Positions 59,925 to 63,648 of a DNA stretch of 63,648 nt are shown here, piece after piece. The notes beneath the pieces were generated by a model, which worked only from the letters and a program-made list of their open reading frames with translations, searched no databases and had not been told where the DNA came from. This stretch comes from Bacteroidota bacterium. Its GTDB lineage: Bacteria > Bacteroidota > Bacteroidia > NS11-12g > UBA955. The stretch spans positions 1 to 63,648 of the forward strand of contig JABMMZ010000099.1 of NCBI GenBank assembly GCA_013205405.1, read 5' to 3'. Position 1 is the first letter of the stretch; each line of letters opens with the position of its first letter. The translations under genes were made by a program, and so were the position numbers.

Positions 59925-62900
59925 TTATCTAATTAAAGTAATACTTCCAGAATAGTCTCTGCTTATTCCTTCTATATCTGTAGCACTTATTTTGTAAAAA
60001 TAAACACCTTGCTGGCATGGTGTATTATTACTAATACCATTCCACCCAATACTCATATCCTTACTTAAGAAAACAAGCTCGCCCCATTTATTATAAACCT
60101 GCATAGTAAATTTTTGCATTGCTAGTCCTTTTACTTTAAAGGAATTATTATCATCCGGACCTTTTGTATCTGGCGAAAAAGCATCTGGAATATATAATAT
60201 TGAAATAGGCGTAAAAATTAAAAATTTCTCAGTAGAATCTATACAGTTTGTTGATTTACTTTGTGTAACTAGTTTTATCCATACTGTATCCTTATAAGTA
60301 GGCACATTATGGTAAAATTCCTTACTATTACTAATTGACTGATTGTTGATATACCAATTAGTCCAAGCACCAAGTTTAAAATTACTAATATCCCTTAAAT
60401 AAACTCTTGTGTATTCGATATTAATTTTTAGAACTGGATTAGACAAAATTTTGGCCTCTGGCTTAGCATTTACGGTAATAGTTTCGGTAATATAGGTAGC
60501 TTCACAATTTTCGCTTTCTACAATTGTCTTGATATTATAAGTACCTGCACTTAAAGTAATTGCTGCTGGATATTCATAATCGAAATTATAATATAATGAA
60601 TCATTCACATACCAATTTTGCTTGTCCAATCCTTTATAATTGCTTTTAAAGTTAAAAATAGCCGGCTCGCATGAAACTTTACTAAAATCATTCACAATAT
60701 TTCCTTCTGGCATATCATTTACTTTTACTGTTAAGTCCTTGCTGTAGTTACCACAAATAGTGTTGGTCTGAATGGTGTAGGTTAATTTAATATTAGATTT
60801 TAAAGCATCGTTTTTTGAAGGTAAAAAGGTTGTAATATTAGCATTTGCATTTATAAATCTGCCATCAGCATCAGAATACCAATAACCATTATTTGTATTA
60901 TTTGATTGTGCTTCTAAATTAATTTCTCCACCAACACACACTTCAGTAATATCTGATTGAATTATTAAAGCAGGTAGTTTCACTATTTTTATTTCAATGG
61001 TTTCAGAAGAATGACATCCAAGTTTATTGGTGTATTGGTAGCTTACAATATTATCTAATGTCGCTTTTTTAGGAGAAAATTCAAAATTAGACACAAAATT
61101 ACCTATCCATTGACCACCTTTAGGATTAGCTTCTAATTTTATAGGGTTACTATTTTCACAAACCTCCAATTTTTTTGAGGTTAAAATATCAATTTTAGTG
61201 GTGTCTAATATTTTTATAATAAAAACTTTTTTACTAATGCATTTATTTTTCTCAATATATATTAATTCTAAAGTTTTATGGGTATTGGCGCTAAGCAATA
61301 AGTTATTATTTGAAATTAAATCAGACTGAGTCTTACATTCCCAATTCCCATTAGTATTTACAGGGAGTTTAACTGATGAAATATTATTGCAAATAACACT
61401 ATCTAAATTAAAAGAGATTGGCTGTGGTTCAATAACTGTAAAAGATATAGTGTCTGCATAAAGGCAATTATTTTTATCAATTATTAAACTATTTATTAAT
61501 GTGTTTGTATTTTGTTTAGATATAATATCTATTTGCCAATCAGCGTTGTTTATCTTGGAAAAACTAATGTTGGCATTCGAACTATTCAAATCTACATCAA
61601 TTACGTCAGAACTATTAACAATCATTAGTTTTTTATTAGAGATTGGAAAAATTATATTCGAACAAAAAGTATCTTTTAATATTGTATAATTAAGTTTGGT
61701 GTAAGGAGAAATATCTATTTGTTCTTCTCCAATACAGCCATCATTTTGTATGATTTTAATTTTTAATATTTCACTCTTAGTTAACAACTTACTATAAGGA
61801 AAACTCTCTTTTTTATTATCAATAAAGACCTCATAATTATCATAAGTTTTTAAGCTTTTGGGTTCAATATTTATGTAAGAGCCTATACATCCTTTTACAA
61901 TTTTATCAAAAGTAATTTCAGGATTTTTAAAATCTTTTACTTCAAAAGTGTCTAATTTTATTAGCTCACAAAATTTATCATTTCCTTCTATAAAGGCTTC
62001 AGAAATGTATTTTCCTCCTTTTGTAAGTCCAATACTAATAGATTTACCTAACTGTTGTTTTAAAATAAGCCCATTTATATCTTTAATAGTCCATCTAATA
62101 TTTTGTATGTTTTTAGAAATAATTGATAAATTTCCACATTTTTTAATTTGAAAGTTATATTCAAAAAGAGGCTTTGGTTTTACATTTAGTATAAGTGTAT
62201 AATTATACACACCGTTTAATGGACAATGATTATCCTTTATTTGAAGTGTAAGATAGTGTTTGCCTACTAAGCCAATAGTATTATTTACCAATATACCATA
62301 TTTAGCAAAAGGAGGCGAAAGAATGTCTGATTTAATAATGCTTAAACCTTGAATATCACTGAAAATTTCAGCTTTTATACTATCAAAAGGAAAACCAATT
62401 ATTTGTTTATCTATGATGTTAAGATCTATTTCAAATTTATCTCCTTCACATATATTATATTCATTAGTTTTATTAATTATTTCTGGGGAATTATTAACTT
62501 CATTGTATACTTCCATATAAAAATCTCGTCTTATAATTCCTGCTAAAAAATATTTGCCGTCAGAATCTTTTTTCCATTCTTCACACTCTACGGCTATTAC
62601 GCCTCCTTCTCCTAGATTTATAGGCGTAAAAACAATATCACCAGTTAAATTATTTATATAAAATCCTTCAGTAGGAAAAGCATCAGGGTTTGGAACGCAA
62701 TTGCCACAGAATGTCTGAAAAGGCACTTTATAAGAACGCCCCAATTCATAAGTTAAAGGAATAGTTCTATTTATTAGTGCATGTTTTAATGAAAATGATA
62801 AGGAATCTTTATCTAAATTAGAAACCCCTAAACTTAAGTGCTGAGCCTTATTTAAAGCTGCTAGAAAAGTTGGTGCTATTTTAAATTCTGTTGATGTATT

Positions 62901-63452
62901 TTTTACATTATTACAAACATTAATACTTGTAAAATTAAAAAAATTTTGAGGTGTAAGTAGCGGATTTACAAATGTATTTCTGGAGGCAATACTCACTGAA
63001 ATATCAAATTGACATCTACCATTAAATATTATTTCTGTAAAATCAATTATGCCTTCAAAAGTCTGAACTTCAAAACCATAAATTGTATTTGAGTTGCTTT
63101 TACATTTACTAAAAGCTCCAATACAAGTAGGTGTAATATCTTGAATAGAAATTCTTGTAAGACTTATTTCTCTTATTACGCTATCATTATAATAACCACT
63201 ATTTAACCCCCACTTAACTTTTAAAGATGGAATTTCATTGCAATTCTGAAGACTATTTCCTCCACCATTGCCATTAAATTTACATTCATTACAGTCTCTA
63301 TATATTTTAGCTATTAATTTGTATTGATTATTTGAAATATATTTATAGGTAATTTCTGATCCTAAAACATGAGAAGCATATAAAGCACTACTACTGCTTA
63401 TAAAAATAAGCAGTAGTATAATTATTGGCTTTATTTTTTTATTCAATATCAT
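59925..63452 (-). CDS. Large T9SS type B-sorted surface protein (adhesin-like)
   Basis: ASHVLGSEITY..YRDC N-terminus, Cys-containing Ig/PKD-like repeats, IPDAFSP..YNKWGE..WNG..GVYFY..G.ITLIR CTD. Confidence 0.88.
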   Translation of the reverse strand: MILNKKIKPIIILLLIFISSSSALYASHVLGSEITYKYISNNQYKLIAKIYRDCNECKFNGNGGGNSLQNCNEIPSLKVKWGLNSGYYNDSVIREISLTRISIQDITPTCIGAFSKCKSNSNTIYGFEVQTFEGIIDFTEIIFNGRCQFDISVSIASRNTFVNPLLTPQNFFNFTSINVCNNVKNTSTEFKIAPTFLAALNKAQHLSLGVSNLDKDSLSFSLKHALINRTIPLTYELGRSYKVPFQTFCGNCVPNPDAFPTEGFYINNLTGDIVFTPINLGEGGVIAVECEEWKKDSDGKYFLAGIIRRDFYMEVYNEVNNSPEIINKTNEYNICEGDKFEIDLNIIDKQIIGFPFDSIKAEIFSDIQGLSIIKSDILSPPFAKYGILVNNTIGLVGKHYLTLQIKDNHCPLNGVYNYTLILNVKPKPLFEYNFQIKKCGNLSIISKNIQNIRWTIKDINGLILKQQLGKSISIGLTKGGKYISEAFIEGNDKFCELIKLDTFEVKDFKNPEITFDKIVKGCIGSYINIEPKSLKTYDNYEVFIDNKKESFPYSKLLTKSEILKIKIIQNDGCIGEEQIDISPYTKLNYTILKDTFCSNIIFPISNKKLMIVNSSDVIDVDLNSSNANISFSKINNADWQIDIISKQNTNTLINSLIIDKNNCLYADTISFTVIEPQPISFNLDSVICNNISSVKLPVNTNGNWECKTQSDLISNNNLLLSANTHKTLELIYIEKNKCISKKVFIIKILDTTKIDILTSKKLEVCENSNPIKLEANPKGGQWIGNFVSNFEFSPKKATLDNIVSYQYTNKLGCHSSETIEIKIVKLPALIIQSDITEVCVGGEINLEAQSNNTNNGYWYSDADGRFINANANITTFLPSKNDALKSNIKLTYTIQTNTICGNYSKDLTVKVNDMPEGNIVNDFSKVSCEPAIFNFKSNYKGLDKQNWYVNDSLYYNFDYEYPAAITLSAGTYNIKTIVESENCEATYITETITVNAKPEAKILSNPVLKINIEYTRVYLRDISNFKLGAWTNWYINNQSISNSKEFYHNVPTYKDTVWIKLVTQSKSTNCIDSTEKFLIFTPISILYIPDAFSPDTKGPDDNNSFKVKGLAMQKFTMQVYNKWGELVFLSKDMSIGWNGISNNTPCQQGVYFYKISATDIEGISRDYSGSITLIR

Positions 63453-63462
63453 TTAAACTTTC

Positions 63463-63648
63463 TTACCTCATCAGTGTCACGGTTCCTTCGTATTGGTATT
63501 CTTTACCATCAAAGGCCGTTACCTTAATGACCCAAGCATACACATCTTGTTGGGCATCATCTTTTCGGTAAGTACCGTTCCATCCTTCGTATTTATCGGT
63601 GGTTTGCCACAGTATTTCGCCCCATCGGTTAAAGAGTATTATTTCAAA
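63463..63648 (-). CDS. 3' end of another T9SS type B-sorted protein (partial)
   Basis: Manual translation FEIILFNRWGEILW...GWNGTY...DVYAW...GTVTLMR*. Confidence 0.85.
   Translation of the reverse strand, partial: FEIILFNRWGEILWQTTDKYEGWNGTYRKDDAQQDVYAWVIKVTAFDGKEYQYEGTVTLMR

Overview
AT-rich chromosomal segment of a Bacteroidota bacterium, judged from TAnnTTTG -7 promoter boxes, absent Shine-Dalgarno motifs, gldH and T9SS type A/B C-terminal-domain proteins. It is mostly housekeeping: purS, pssA, gltX, dnaB, clpC, ruvC, secA, thiL, maeB, aconitase, rplS, radA, corA, rho and tRNA-Asn. It also carries a split phenylacetyl-CoA epoxidase set (paaABC plus a distant paaE), a TonB-dependent receptor/DUF4249 pair and several surface proteins. 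No CRISPR, prophage, integrase or autonomous IS was seen. The non-routine signals are mostly missed by the ORF track: (1) a Cys-rich secreted HYC_CC_PP-like ORF, a long hairpin and an unannotated Cys-rich exported peptide, resembling a metal-sensing upstream-ORF switch; (2) shared TGACA-N3-TG(G/T)CA palindromes plus sigma54-like boxes upstream of clpC and secA; (3) many apparently leaderless genes; (4) two lipoprotein genes whose signal peptides start at ATA; (5) a 157-bp MITE-like element, REP-like palindromes and heptamer repeats; (6) several frameshifted or eroded accessory genes. Family assignments come from motif recognition, not database searches.
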